A stretch of DNA of 64,000 nt, taken from positions 4,759-68,758 of the forward strand of contig CAIMNS010000049.1 of NCBI GenBank assembly GCA_903842945.1. Direction: 5' to 3'. The position numbers and the translations under genes were made by a program. Below, piece after piece: positions 11,674 to 22,450 of the stretch. The notes beneath the pieces are model-generated. The model saw only the letters and a program-made list of their open reading frames with translations. It was not told the DNA's origin and searched no databases. Origin of the DNA: an uncultured Burkholderiales bacterium. GTDB lineage: Bacteria; Pseudomonadota; Gammaproteobacteria; Burkholderiales; Burkholderiaceae_C. Within the stretch, counting starts at the first letter, position 1; each line of letters begins with the position of its first letter.

Positions 11674-11784
11674 TGCATGCCTCTTGCAGGCATGAGCATA
11701 GATTTATTTTTTGTTGATTCTATTGACCGCCAAACCCAAGCATGACCCATGCATGGGTGAGGGCCTCAAAAAGAGGAAGCCATT

Positions 11785-13325
<1,541 letters not shown>

Positions 13326-13350
13326 TCGCTCCTGAGCGTTTGACGCCTAC

Positions 13351-13395
13351 CCCTCTGTCTGGCCGCAAAAAGTGGCTGGTCAGAGGGTTTTTTTT
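13351..13395 (+). terminator. Intrinsic terminator after ilvC
   Basis: CCCTCTGTCTGGCCGC-AAAAA-GTGGCTGGTCAGAGGG hairpin followed by T8. Confidence 0.8.
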
Positions 13396-13403
13396 GACAT
13401 GCC

Positions 13404-14723
13404 TTAGATGAAAAGCAGCAAAGCAATCATAGCGGCAGACAGACACGTCGACAGTGTTCCGATCAGCAGGGACTTTGCGCCCATTTGAACGATGTCTCTT
13501 TGCCGATCAGGTGCCATGGAACCCATGCCCGCAATGACAATGCCTAGGCTGCCGAAGTTCGCAAAGCCACAAAGCAAATAAGTCATGAGCACTCTGGAGT
13601 GTTCGCTCATGGCATTGGGGTCCAACTTTGAGAGATCCAAATAAGCAATGAACTCGTTCAAGACCAATTTGGTGCCCATCAGTTGTCCTGCGATTTGGGT
13701 GTCCTTCCATTCGATGCCAAGGGTCCATGAAAAGGGTTGCATCACCCAGCCGATCACGCGCTGTATGGTCAAAGCAGAGCCATCCCAAAGGGGCAGCAGT
13801 TGAAGAATGCTGTTGCCAAGAGACACCAAGGCCACCAAAACAATCAACATGGCAATGACACTTGCGAGTAAGCGCATGCCTTGATAGGTGCCATCACTGA
13901 TGGCATCCATCGTGCTTTGGTATTTTCTGTGTTGATCGGTGCTTTCAATCAATGCTGAGATATAAGCCCTCAATCCATGGTTTTGTAATCCATGAGACTC
14001 GGCCTCAGTGGAGGAGCTCTCAGGCGATGGATCTTTTGGAATGGCCACCAAACTCAAAACAATGGCTCCGGGTGCACTGATCAAGGATGCGATGATCAAA
14101 TGGGTGACCACGTGAGGGACAGAGTTTTGCAGAAAACTTGCATAGATGACGAGCACGGTGCCGGAAATGGTTGACATGCCAGTGCTCATGACGACAAACA
14201 ATTCGGACCTGGAGAGCCCACTTAAATAAGGCCTGATCAGCAAAGGTGCTTCAACAATGCCCACAAAAACGGTTGCAATGCTTGCAAAGGACGTGGCGCC
14301 AGACACATTCAAGATCTTTCCCAGCAACCAAGCAAAACAACCAATGAGCACTGGCAAAACGCGCCAGTAATAAAGCAGCGCTGAAAGGGCGCTGAAGATC
14401 AAAATCAAGGGCAGCGCTTGCAATCCAAGGACAAAGGACATGCCTGGAGACTTTTCTTCAAAGGGCAGTGGCCCTCCACCTAAATAGCCAAAGACCAGTG
14501 AGGTACCCGCTTGGGTGGCTTTTTGAAGTTCAAGGACACTTTGGTTCAAGGTGCCCAAGCAACTTTGTATGAAAGGTATTTTCAAGAGCGCCAAAGCCAA
14601 GACAAACTGAAACAAAAGTCCTTTGGCCAAGCTCTTGTAGTCAATGCGCGCGCGGTTTTCAGATACCCCAATGGTGATCAACAAGATCAAAGAGACACCA
14701 ATCAAAGATTGATAATTTTCCAT
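13404..14723 (-). CDS. nupC: Concentrative nucleoside transporter (CNT/NupC family)
   Basis: ALPLILIFSALSALLYY, FVGIVEAPLLIRPYL, GTKLVLNEFIAY, YLLCGFANFGS. Confidence 0.93.
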   Translation of the reverse strand: MENYQSLIGVSLILLITIGVSENRARIDYKSLAKGLLFQFVLALALLKIPFIQSCLGTLNQSVLELQKATQAGTSLVFGYLGGGPLPFEEKSPGMSFVLGLQALPLILIFSALSALLYYWRVLPVLIGCFAWLLGKILNVSGATSFASIATVFVGIVEAPLLIRPYLSGLSRSELFVVMSTGMSTISGTVLVIYASFLQNSVPHVVTHLIIASLISAPGAIVLSLVAIPKDPSPESSSTEAESHGLQNHGLRAYISALIESTDQHRKYQSTMDAISDGTYQGMRLLASVIAMLIVLVALVSLGNSILQLLPLWDGSALTIQRVIGWVMQPFSWTLGIEWKDTQIAGQLMGTKLVLNEFIAYLDLSKLDPNAMSEHSRVLMTYLLCGFANFGSLGIVIAGMGSMAPDRQRDIVQMGAKSLLIGTLSTCLSAAMIALLLFI

Positions 14724-14764
14724 ACACAGACTTTCCAGTGAAACGATTTAAATGGACTGCTCTT

Positions 14765-15805
14765 TCAAGCGCCCAATCGAATCAAATCATCCTCGGTCAA
14801 ATGTTCGGTTTTTTTTCCAATCCAACTGAGCAGTCGAGATTTCCAGTTTAAAAAAGAGCTTGGCGCTTTGACCGCAGTATACTCAAGTCGGCCTCGCGCA
14901 CCGCGCTTGCGCTTGAAGTCACCTGCGCCTGAGCTGTAATTGAGCAGCAGTTGTCGCTCTAGGGTGTAGTTGTAGATAGAGGCAAACAAGAGCCGATAGA
15001 TGCCCGGCCCGGTTGCACTCTCCCAATAACCCAAAGCGGGAACAGTCAAGGTGTCCCCAACTTGGTGCAGCAAAGCAAAGGCCACCATGTCACCTTCCTC
15101 GTTCATCAAGCTCAAGCAAGACATCCATTTGGAGTTGATCATGTCTTTGAAAAAAACAGGTGTGTAATTGGCATTGAAGACACTGTGTTTTTTGATGTAA
15201 ATGAGCTCATACAAGGCTTGCATGCGTTCAGCTTGAAGGTCATCGATCGTGTCTAGAGTTGAGACCTTGAGGTGGGATTTTTTGAGGGCACTTAAATCTC
15301 TTGCGAGGTGTGAAGGTTTGCTTTGCACGCCCATTCGTAGATCGAATTCATAAATGACACGCGCAGGTAATGCAACAAAGCCCATGCCTTGAAGCTCAGT
15401 CAGGAGTGAGCCGTGTTGATGTGACAGTAAATTCCGCACAAACAGATAGCGCTTTAATTTCTTCAGTATCAAAGAACGACTGGCCTCGCATATGGCCGAG
15501 TCTTTGACCGATTCCCATACATTGGTCGATATGGGAAAGTTCCCAACGATGGCGTTTTTACTCATGCCAATCCAATTGGCCAAATGCGACAAGGCCTTGA
15601 GGGACATTTTTAAAATGAAGGGTCCCTGGAGCTCATCGGCCGCATAGTCAAACCAGGCAATTTTGGGTGAAGTGATGTAACAAGCGGGTAAAGGTTTTTG
15701 CTCGCTGGTCACGGTGACAGGCAAGTCGCCTTGCTCCCAATGAAGTTCTGCGCCAGCGTTCAGCATCCACTCTGAGAGTGAATGACCCCAGGGGGCTGGA
15801 CTCAT
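14765..15805 (-). CDS. Uncharacterised GNAT/FemAB-like protein
   Basis: LYELIYIKKHSVFNANYT, TVPALGY..GIYRLL, LNYSSGAGDFKRKRGA..LEY. The fold assignment is by recollection. ATGA-coupled to btaA. Confidence 0.65.
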   Translation of the reverse strand: MSPAPWGHSLSEWMLNAGAELHWEQGDLPVTVTSEQKPLPACYITSPKIAWFDYAADELQGPFILKMSLKALSHLANWIGMSKNAIVGNFPISTNVWESVKDSAICEASRSLILKKLKRYLFVRNLLSHQHGSLLTELQGMGFVALPARVIYEFDLRMGVQSKPSHLARDLSALKKSHLKVSTLDTIDDLQAERMQALYELIYIKKHSVFNANYTPVFFKDMINSKWMSCLSLMNEEGDMVAFALLHQVGDTLTVPALGYWESATGPGIYRLLFASIYNYTLERQLLLNYSSGAGDFKRKRGARGRLEYTAVKAPSSFLNWKSRLLSWIGKKTEHLTEDDLIRLGA

Positions 15806-17046
15806 CGAGGGTTTAATCGATACAAATGCAAGGCACCATAGATTCCTGATCGATCTTGTGGGCCCAAGAGGTCAGAAGTTTGGTGATCTCTGGTCCACAC
15901 ATTGGCCAAGGGGCCTGTCAGGCAAGCATCAACAGGGGAATGGGAGCCGGCCGTCCTAAAGATGACCCTTGCGCCTGGCTTGGCCGCATGGGTAATGGCC
16001 GTCCACACAGCGGTCAGCTCTTGAGGTGTCATCCAGTCCTGAGCGTCCAAAAGGTTCACAATATCAACCGACTCAGGGCCTAACTTGATCAGTTTGTCTC
16101 TGATGTTGTTGTGTTCTATTGAGATTTTATGGATGGACTCGCGAAGGAAAGCGTAATTCTCTTTGACCAAATAAAGGGGCAAAGCGCTTTGACCCGTCTC
16201 ATCGTATTTTCTAGCAAAGGCTTGCCATGCAAAATAGTTGTCCTTGATGGGGACAACCGTTGCCAACTGCCTAGCCCGTTGTTTGAGGATTTCAGACATC
16301 TGTTCTGGTTTGTTGTCACACAAAGCCAGGTGCTGGCTTGGGGGAATCCCAAGGTTGTACAGTGCATAGGGGCTGCTAGCAATTTTGGTCACCAACCTAG
16401 AGTCGAAAATCTTTGCGACCTTTTGATCAAACCACTGCTTTTGATCTTCGACAGTTTTTTGTTCTAAAAGTTCAGACAGCTTGACGCCGTGCAATTTTGC
16501 CCCCATGTGGATGATGCCAATGATTTGACCCAGCAGTCCATATTTGTAAAAGCCTTTGGCAAACATTTGAATCCTCTTGGATCCAAATGGGCCACTTTCC
16601 CAGTAGTCCCGGCTTTCTTGATCGAGTTGAGGGGAGATGATGGCGTTGTAGATTCTGACATTGCTGGTGGACTTGGCGACCCCAAAGAATCTGAAGAAGT
16701 CTTCATGGTACTCTAGCGTCTTGAGAGCCGCAATTTTCAAGTGATTCAAAGCAATGTGCGCGTGGTTCAGGTCCACAACAGAAATCTTTGCGGGATTGGC
16801 CATGAGATAAGACAAAGCGTTACAGCCGCCCGAGGCAATGGTCAGCATGTGGTCGGTGGCTTGGATGTCTAAAGCTTTCATGTCCACAATGGGGTCTTCC
16901 CAAATTTGTGTGTAAACCAGGCGATCGAACCACATGGCGAAAATCTTATCCTTCAAACTTGCTTTGGATTTATGCCCAAAAACAGCGTTCTTCAACAGTA
17001 CTTTTGACTTCTTGAGACTTAGAGTTGGATTTGGAGCTGCGTTCAT
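15802..17046 (-). CDS. btaA: SAM:diacylglycerol 3-amino-3-carboxypropyltransferase BtaA (DUF3419)
   Basis: LVYTQIWEDPIVDMKAL, TIASGGCNALSYL, DLNHAHIAL, NYFAWQAF, LLDAQDWM, RVIFRTAG, DRSGIYG. Start refined to ATG 17046. Confidence 0.92.
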   Translation of the reverse strand: MNAAPNPTLSLKKSKVLLKNAVFGHKSKASLKDKIFAMWFDRLVYTQIWEDPIVDMKALDIQATDHMLTIASGGCNALSYLMANPAKISVVDLNHAHIALNHLKIAALKTLEYHEDFFRFFGVAKSTSNVRIYNAIISPQLDQESRDYWESGPFGSKRIQMFAKGFYKYGLLGQIIGIIHMGAKLHGVKLSELLEQKTVEDQKQWFDQKVAKIFDSRLVTKIASSPYALYNLGIPPSQHLALCDNKPEQMSEILKQRARQLATVVPIKDNYFAWQAFARKYDETGQSALPLYLVKENYAFLRESIHKISIEHNNIRDKLIKLGPESVDIVNLLDAQDWMTPQELTAVWTAITHAAKPGARVIFRTAGSHSPVDACLTGPLANVWTRDHQTSDLLGPQDRSGIYGALHLYRLNPR

Positions 17047-17106
17047 GGTTGAAATAAATCCTTGTGTTTGAAGATATGTGCGCAATTGTGAACCCTTAAT
17101 ATTTCA

Positions 17107-17140
17107 ATTGAATGTTACTTTTATTACTTTTCCGTGACTT
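17107..17140 (-). promoter_or_regulatory. Candidate Pho box promoter for btaA
   Basis: AAGTCAC-GGAA-AAGTAAT (17140-17123), 10 bp, then a weak -10 TTCAAT. Confidence 0.5.
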
Positions 17141-17226
17141 AAAATTTTCAATTTCCATCCATGATGTTTTCTGCAGGGTTGTTGGCCCCTTTGTTTTTGA
17201 TAAAAATACGGGCTTAAAGCTTCGAC

Positions 17227-17260
17227 ATGTCACAAAGTTTTAATGCTCATGGGGTAACAT
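17227..17260 (+). promoter_or_regulatory. Pho box promoter for the TPAT operon
   Basis: ATGTCAC-AAAG-TTTTAAT (17227-17244), 10 bp, then TAACAT (17255-17260). Confidence 0.72.
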
Positions 17261-17284
17261 ATTTGCCAAATATTGGACACATAA

Positions 17285-18184
17285 ATGTCAAATTCTTGGG
17301 TTAAAAAATTCTTTTCTTTTGCTGGCATCGTCATGGCCTCTTTAGCGATATCCGGCTGTGCGATGAACACCTTTGTCATTGATCAAGTGGCCAAGAACTT
17401 GGTGTCAGACGATGACAATGAGCAAGATCTATGGTTGGCACGCGATGCAAGTCCTTTTTACTTGAAGTTGACGGAAAATTTATTGATCCGCTCTCCTGCT
17501 AATTTAAAACTGGCTGAGACCGTTTGCAGTGGTTTTACGCAGTACGCCTACACTTTTATTGCATTTGAAGCGGACAAGCTGGAGGCCAGTGATTACAAAA
17601 GCGCTGAGATCATCAGAGAGCGAGCATCCAAGATGTATGCGCGTGCCTACAAACACGGTATCAAAGCTTTGAACTTGAGCTTCACAGGTTTTGAGGCAAG
17701 GCTGAGGGCGCCAAATTCTACCGATCCTATCGTCTTACCAGTCAGCTCCGTGGGACTGCTGTATTGGTCTGCTGCTTCTTTGGGGGGTTGGATTTCAAGC
17801 GCCAAGGACATGCCCGACTTGGTGGCAGATTTTCCGGTGGCCTTGCGATTGGCCAGTTTGGCATGGAAATTGGATCCCTCCTACTCACAGGGCTCCTTGG
17901 CCAGTTTGATGGGGACTTTTGAGTGGGCCAACCCCAACGGTTCAAAACCCTTGGCAACACACTATTTCGATCTGGCCCTTCAGTACTCAAAAGATCAAAA
18001 CGCAGGTCCCTTTGTGTCAAAGGCAGAACGAGTTGCTGTCGCCATGAAAGACAAGAAGATGTTTGAGCAACTCCTTAGCAAGGCCATCGACATTGCATTG
18101 AAATATCCAAGTTTACAAAATGAGGCCATGCGACTTCGTGCACAATGGTTGCTTGATAACGCACAAGAGTTACTTGAAAGTTGA
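17285..18184 (+). CDS. tatT: TatT lipoprotein, TPR-like TRAP accessory component (TPAT system)
   Basis: Lipobox LAISGC, helical repeat pattern (CSGFTQYAYTF, LLYWSAASLGGWI), directly upstream of dctP and dctQM. Confidence 0.85.
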   Translation: MSNSWVKKFFSFAGIVMASLAISGCAMNTFVIDQVAKNLVSDDDNEQDLWLARDASPFYLKLTENLLIRSPANLKLAETVCSGFTQYAYTFIAFEADKLEASDYKSAEIIRERASKMYARAYKHGIKALNLSFTGFEARLRAPNSTDPIVLPVSSVGLLYWSAASLGGWISSAKDMPDLVADFPVALRLASLAWKLDPSYSQGSLASLMGTFEWANPNGSKPLATHYFDLALQYSKDQNAGPFVSKAERVAVAMKDKKMFEQLLSKAIDIALKYPSLQNEAMRLRAQWLLDNAQELLES

Positions 18185-19203
18185 AGATGAATTTTAGACC
18201 TCTCGCACGAATCTTTTCCTGTTGCCTGCTTCTTACTTGGGGATCGCTCGCCTTTGCGGCGGACAAACCCCTGAGGATAGGGACCTTGGCGCCTAAAAAT
18301 TCTTTGTATTACAGGCAACTCATTGATGTGGCTGAGGCATGGAAGAGCGCCGCGGGAGCCAACTCCAAATACACCGTTTACGCAGACGGCAGTCAAGGCG
18401 GGGAGACAGAGTTGGCCAGAAGAATGCGAATTGGGCAACTTCAAGGAGCACTCTTGTCTGTCGTGGGTTTGAAGGAGATTGAACCGTCCATCAGTGCTTT
18501 GCAATCCATGCCCTTGCTTTTTAGAACTTGGGAAGAGGTCGATTTCGTCAGGGAAAAGTTGCGCCCCGCCATGGAAAAGAAGTTTTTAGAAAAGGGGTTT
18601 GTTGTCCTGGCCTGGGGGGATGCAGGCTGGGTCAGGTTTTTTTCAAAGGAACCTGCCTTCAAACCCGACGACTATAAAAAAATGAAGTTTTTTTCTTGGG
18701 GGGGAGAACCCGAGCAGCAAGAGATCATGAAGAACTTGGGCTATACACCAGTTCCTTTGGAGACCACGGACATTTTGCCCTCCATACAAACAGGCATGAT
18801 TTCTGTGGTGCCTTCGACGCCTTACTTTGCGATGGCCAGTCAAATTTACAACACGGCCAACAACATGCTTGAGATCAACTGGGCGCCTGTGGTTGGGGCC
18901 TTGGTGATCACCAAAAAAGCCTGGGATGAGATGAGCCCTGCAGTCCAAGACGTGGTTCGATCGGCTGGTGAAAAGGCGGGAGACCAAATCAGGATCAAAG
19001 CCCGTTTGGAAGTTGAAGAGGCCGTTGAGGCCATGAAAAAGAGAGGTTTGGTGGTGAACAAGCCAAGCCCCGAGCAAATGAAAGAGTGGAATACTTTGGC
19101 CGCGAACCTCTACCCCAAGATCAGGGGCACGATGGTGCCCGCAGAAACGTTTGATGAAGTGTTCAAACATTTGAATGCATTCAGAGCCGGCAAGCAAAAG
19201 TGA
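18181..19203 (+). CDS. dctP: TRAP substrate-binding protein DctP (TatP type)
   Basis: LRIGTLAPKNS, GSQGGETELARRMRIGQLQG, LAWGDAGWVRFFSK. Confidence 0.92.
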   Translation: MKMNFRPLARIFSCCLLLTWGSLAFAADKPLRIGTLAPKNSLYYRQLIDVAEAWKSAAGANSKYTVYADGSQGGETELARRMRIGQLQGALLSVVGLKEIEPSISALQSMPLLFRTWEEVDFVREKLRPAMEKKFLEKGFVVLAWGDAGWVRFFSKEPAFKPDDYKKMKFFSWGGEPEQQEIMKNLGYTPVPLETTDILPSIQTGMISVVPSTPYFAMASQIYNTANNMLEINWAPVVGALVITKKAWDEMSPAVQDVVRSAGEKAGDQIRIKARLEVEEAVEAMKKRGLVVNKPSPEQMKEWNTLAANLYPKIRGTMVPAETFDEVFKHLNAFRAGKQK

Positions 19204-20996
19204 AGTTGAATCCCTTCAAACTGGATGAATTGATTTCATCCCTTGCTTTGCTGTTGATGGCCATCATCCCCGTCGTTGAAATCCTTGCCCGCCCCATTTT
19301 TGGTAAAGGCATTGAGAACGCTCCCATCTTGGTTCAGCACTTTGGTCTGGTCATGTCGATGTTTGGTGCCATAGCGGCCTATCGATTTGGACATCTTTCA
19401 AGCATTGGTGTGATTTTTTACTCTTTTCAGGTCCCAGCGCGTCTTTTGTCGAGTTTAATTTGTGGCCTCTTGTGCTGGGCTTGTTGGCATTTTGTGAGCA
19501 CAGAAAGGTCGGCCCATCAAATGCTGGCTTACTCGATTCCAATTTGGATTTTTCAGTTGGTGATGCCTGTTGGGTTTTTGCTTTTGAGTTGGCAAATCAT
19601 CACGCAAGGTTTGCAATCAAACCTGCCGAAGGCGATGTCTATTCTAGGCATGACGGCCGTCAGTTATTTGCTCTTTCAGTATCTTGAGTCGAATGCAGGG
19701 TCCATGGGGTCCATGGGGTTTGTGTTGGTTGTTTTGGTGGTGATGTTTTTAGGTGGGGCACCTATCTTCTCCATCATTGCAGCCTTGGCCTTGGGCTTGT
19801 TTTGGCAAGAGGGTTTGCCATTGTCTTCGGTGGCCCTGTCACATTACCAAATCACCGTCAATGCTTCATTGCCCGCATTGCCCTTGTTCACCCTGGCGGG
19901 CTTGGTCTTTGCGTCCACGGGGTCAGCCAAGCGTTTGGGCCAAGTTTTCATGGCCATGTTTGGCACGGGCGTGAGGGGAACGGTCTTTGCAGCGACCGTT
20001 TTGTGCTCATTTTTTACGGCTTTTACCGGAGGCAGTGGCGTGACCATTTTGGCGCTTGGGGGTCTGTTGCTTCAATTGTTAAGTGACACGGGCTATTCCA
20101 AAAAAAGGGGGATCAGTCTGGTAACCAGTGCCAGCGCACTTGGCGTTTTGCTGGCACCTTCTGTGCCATTGATCATGTATGCGATCATTGCTCGCGTTCC
20201 GATCAATGCCATGTTTTTGGCTGGTATCGTGCCTGCGGTGGTCATGGTTTTGTCTTTATTGGTCTTTGGTGGCTATTTGAAGCAGGACAATCTAGTTGCT
20301 TCAAATGAGCATGTGCATGTTTTTTCTTGGTTGAAATTAAGGCATGCGTTGTGGGATGCCAAATGGGAGATTTTCACGCCCTTTGTTGCCATTGGCTCTT
20401 TGGTCAGTGGATTTGCAACCCCGACAGAGAGCGCTGCGATCACGGCTGTTTATGCCCTTGTCACGCAAATGATCTTTAACCAAGAGTTGAGCGTGGATCA
20501 ATTCAAGCAGTCCTTGCTCAAGTGCACACAAATCATTGGAGGCGTGATGCTGGTGCTTGGCATGGCCCTTGGGATGACCAATTACTTGATCGATGCAGGA
20601 ATTCCTGACCTGGCCATCCAATGGGTTCAAAGCATCACCAGCAACAGGTACGTTTTTTTATTGGCCCTCAATGTATTTTTATTTTTTGCTGGGGCCCTCA
20701 TGGAAATCTATGCGGCCATTGTGGTGTTGGTGCCTTTGTTGTTGCCTTTGGCCATGTCCTATGACATTCATCCCATTCATTTCGGGATCATCTTTTTGGC
20801 CAACATGGAGATGGGATTTTTATGTCCACCTGCCGGCATGAATATCTATTTTGCCTCAGCGGTCTTTAACCAGCCCTTGAAGGAGGTGGCCATCTCTATT
20901 TGGCCTGCATTGATCGCAATTTTTGTTGGCACTGTGATCATCTCGTGGCTTCCCATACTCACGATTGCCTTGCCTGAGTTTTTTCACATGGTCTAA
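19200..20996 (+). CDS. dctM: TRAP fused small/large permease DctQM
   Basis: About 600 aa polytopic protein. LPALPLFTLAG, TAFTGGSGVTILALG, PTESAA, HPIHFGIIFLANME.GFLCPPAGMN. Confidence 0.93.
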   Translation: MKLNPFKLDELISSLALLLMAIIPVVEILARPIFGKGIENAPILVQHFGLVMSMFGAIAAYRFGHLSSIGVIFYSFQVPARLLSSLICGLLCWACWHFVSTERSAHQMLAYSIPIWIFQLVMPVGFLLLSWQIITQGLQSNLPKAMSILGMTAVSYLLFQYLESNAGSMGSMGFVLVVLVVMFLGGAPIFSIIAALALGLFWQEGLPLSSVALSHYQITVNASLPALPLFTLAGLVFASTGSAKRLGQVFMAMFGTGVRGTVFAATVLCSFFTAFTGGSGVTILALGGLLLQLLSDTGYSKKRGISLVTSASALGVLLAPSVPLIMYAIIARVPINAMFLAGIVPAVVMVLSLLVFGGYLKQDNLVASNEHVHVFSWLKLRHALWDAKWEIFTPFVAIGSLVSGFATPTESAAITAVYALVTQMIFNQELSVDQFKQSLLKCTQIIGGVMLVLGMALGMTNYLIDAGIPDLAIQWVQSITSNRYVFLLALNVFLFFAGALMEIYAAIVVLVPLLLPLAMSYDIHPIHFGIIFLANMEMGFLCPPAGMNIYFASAVFNQPLKEVAISIWPALIAIFVGTVIISWLPILTIALPEFFHMV

Positions 20997-21005
20997 CGAT
21001 AACCA

Positions 21006-22256
21006 ATGGCCTTAAAAATGATCAACCGTCTTTCTTTTCAACACGCCTTCCTTGTCTTTGTCCTTCACTGCCTTTGTGCATTGACCCTCAACAGCTTTGC
21101 TCAAAGCAACGCGCCAAAAAAGCCATTGGTCCTTCTCCTTGGGATCGATGGTTTTAAGCCAAGTTATTTGAATTTAGGCGTCTCACCGAATTTGAATTCT
21201 CTGGTATCAACTGGGGTCCTTGCAAAAGGATCTATCTCTGCCTTCCCGTCCTTGACTTTTCCAAATTTTGTGAGTTTGGTCACAGGCCTCACCCCCGATC
21301 ACCATGGTATTGTGAACAACACCATGACCGATCCGACAACAGATCAGCTCTTTACCTTGGGTTCAAGAGAGGCCGTTGAGAACCCTTTTTGGTGGACGCA
21401 AACCACACCGATTTGGAACAATGTAAGGCAACAAGGCGGGATTGCTTCTGCCATGTTTTGGCCCGGTTCTGAAGTTGAAATCAACGGTGGGCGGCCCAAC
21501 GATTGGGTCAGGTATGAGCATGGCATGTCTCACGACAAGAGACTTGAGCACTTGTTGACATGGTTGTCTAGAGGTGAGTCTTCAAGACCCCATTTCGCCA
21601 CACTGTACCTCTCCGATGTGGACTCTGCTGGGCATGAGTTTGGACCCGATAGCGAACAGGTCAAACAAGCAGTCGCTAAAGTAGATCAGACCCTAGGGAA
21701 ATTGCTGCAAGCACTTTCTAGCTTGGGTTTAAGAGAAAAAACCACCCTGGTGATCGTTTCTGATCACGGCATGGCCAACACGCCTTTGGATAAATCCCTT
21801 GATGTCAGTCAGTGGCTCAAAGATTTCCCTAAAGCCAAGTGGGAGTGGCAAGGTGCCACTTCAGCTGTCAGACTCCATGGTGAAAATGCAGCTCAAGTTC
21901 TCCAGACCTTGTCTCTTCAGTCCCATCTGCAATGCCATGAAAAAAGCAACTTGCCCGAGCGCTATAAGTTTGGACGGCATCCAAGAATTCCTGAAATTGT
22001 TTGTGTGTCTGACATGGGCTACACCGTCACGGCCAATCCCAGTCGAAAAGGACCCCTGGGTCAGCACGGGTTTGACCCCTTTTTGCCTGAAATGCATGGA
22101 CTCTTTTTGGCCTCGGGTTTTCGCATCCAACCTGGTGAATTGGGTTTGATTGAAAACATCGAGGTGTACCCGCTGTTGTGTCAATTGCTGGGTATTGTTG
22201 AGCAAAAAAATGATGCAAGGCATCTTTTGAAAGAGATCGTTTTGAATCCATCGTGA
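21006..22256 (+). CDS. Nucleotide pyrophosphatase/phosphodiesterase (NPP, alkaline phosphatase superfamily), secreted
   Basis: GIDGF, FPSLTFPNFVSLVTG (Thr nucleophile), DSAGHEFGP, VSDHGM, GQHGFD. Sec signal. Confidence 0.92.
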   Translation: MALKMINRLSFQHAFLVFVLHCLCALTLNSFAQSNAPKKPLVLLLGIDGFKPSYLNLGVSPNLNSLVSTGVLAKGSISAFPSLTFPNFVSLVTGLTPDHHGIVNNTMTDPTTDQLFTLGSREAVENPFWWTQTTPIWNNVRQQGGIASAMFWPGSEVEINGGRPNDWVRYEHGMSHDKRLEHLLTWLSRGESSRPHFATLYLSDVDSAGHEFGPDSEQVKQAVAKVDQTLGKLLQALSSLGLREKTTLVIVSDHGMANTPLDKSLDVSQWLKDFPKAKWEWQGATSAVRLHGENAAQVLQTLSLQSHLQCHEKSNLPERYKFGRHPRIPEIVCVSDMGYTVTANPSRKGPLGQHGFDPFLPEMHGLFLASGFRIQPGELGLIENIEVYPLLCQLLGIVEQKNDARHLLKEIVLNPS

Positions 22257-22272
22257 AGTCAAGGATGGATTT

Positions 22273-22299
22273 AAAAAGGCACCAAATCGGTGCCTTTTT
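22273..22299. terminator. Bidirectional intrinsic terminator after the NPP gene
   Basis: Perfect inverted repeat AAAAAGGCACC-AAATC-GGTGCCTTTTT. Confidence 0.85.
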
Positions 22300-22410
22300 A
22301 AATTGTGAAATGTAAATCAAAACCATTGAATCCAAAAGTAATATGAAATGATCGAATTGGATTGTCGCTCTATTGAAACGTTCATGTTTCGGGCCAAGGG
22401 TTATCCATGT

Positions 22411-22444
22411 CTGTCACAAGAATGTAACCAAGTTTTAGCACAAT
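22411..22444 (+). promoter_or_regulatory. Pho box promoter for the exbD-tonB-TBDR-exbB operon
   Basis: CTGTCAC-AAGA-ATGTAAC (22411-22428), 10 bp, then CACAAT (22439-22444). Confidence 0.78.
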
Positions 22445-22450
22445 ACTTCC

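Noticed and set aside
19698-19718. GGGTCCATG tandem duplication in dctM
   Set aside because: Short in-frame duplication in a loop; not a phase-variation tract.
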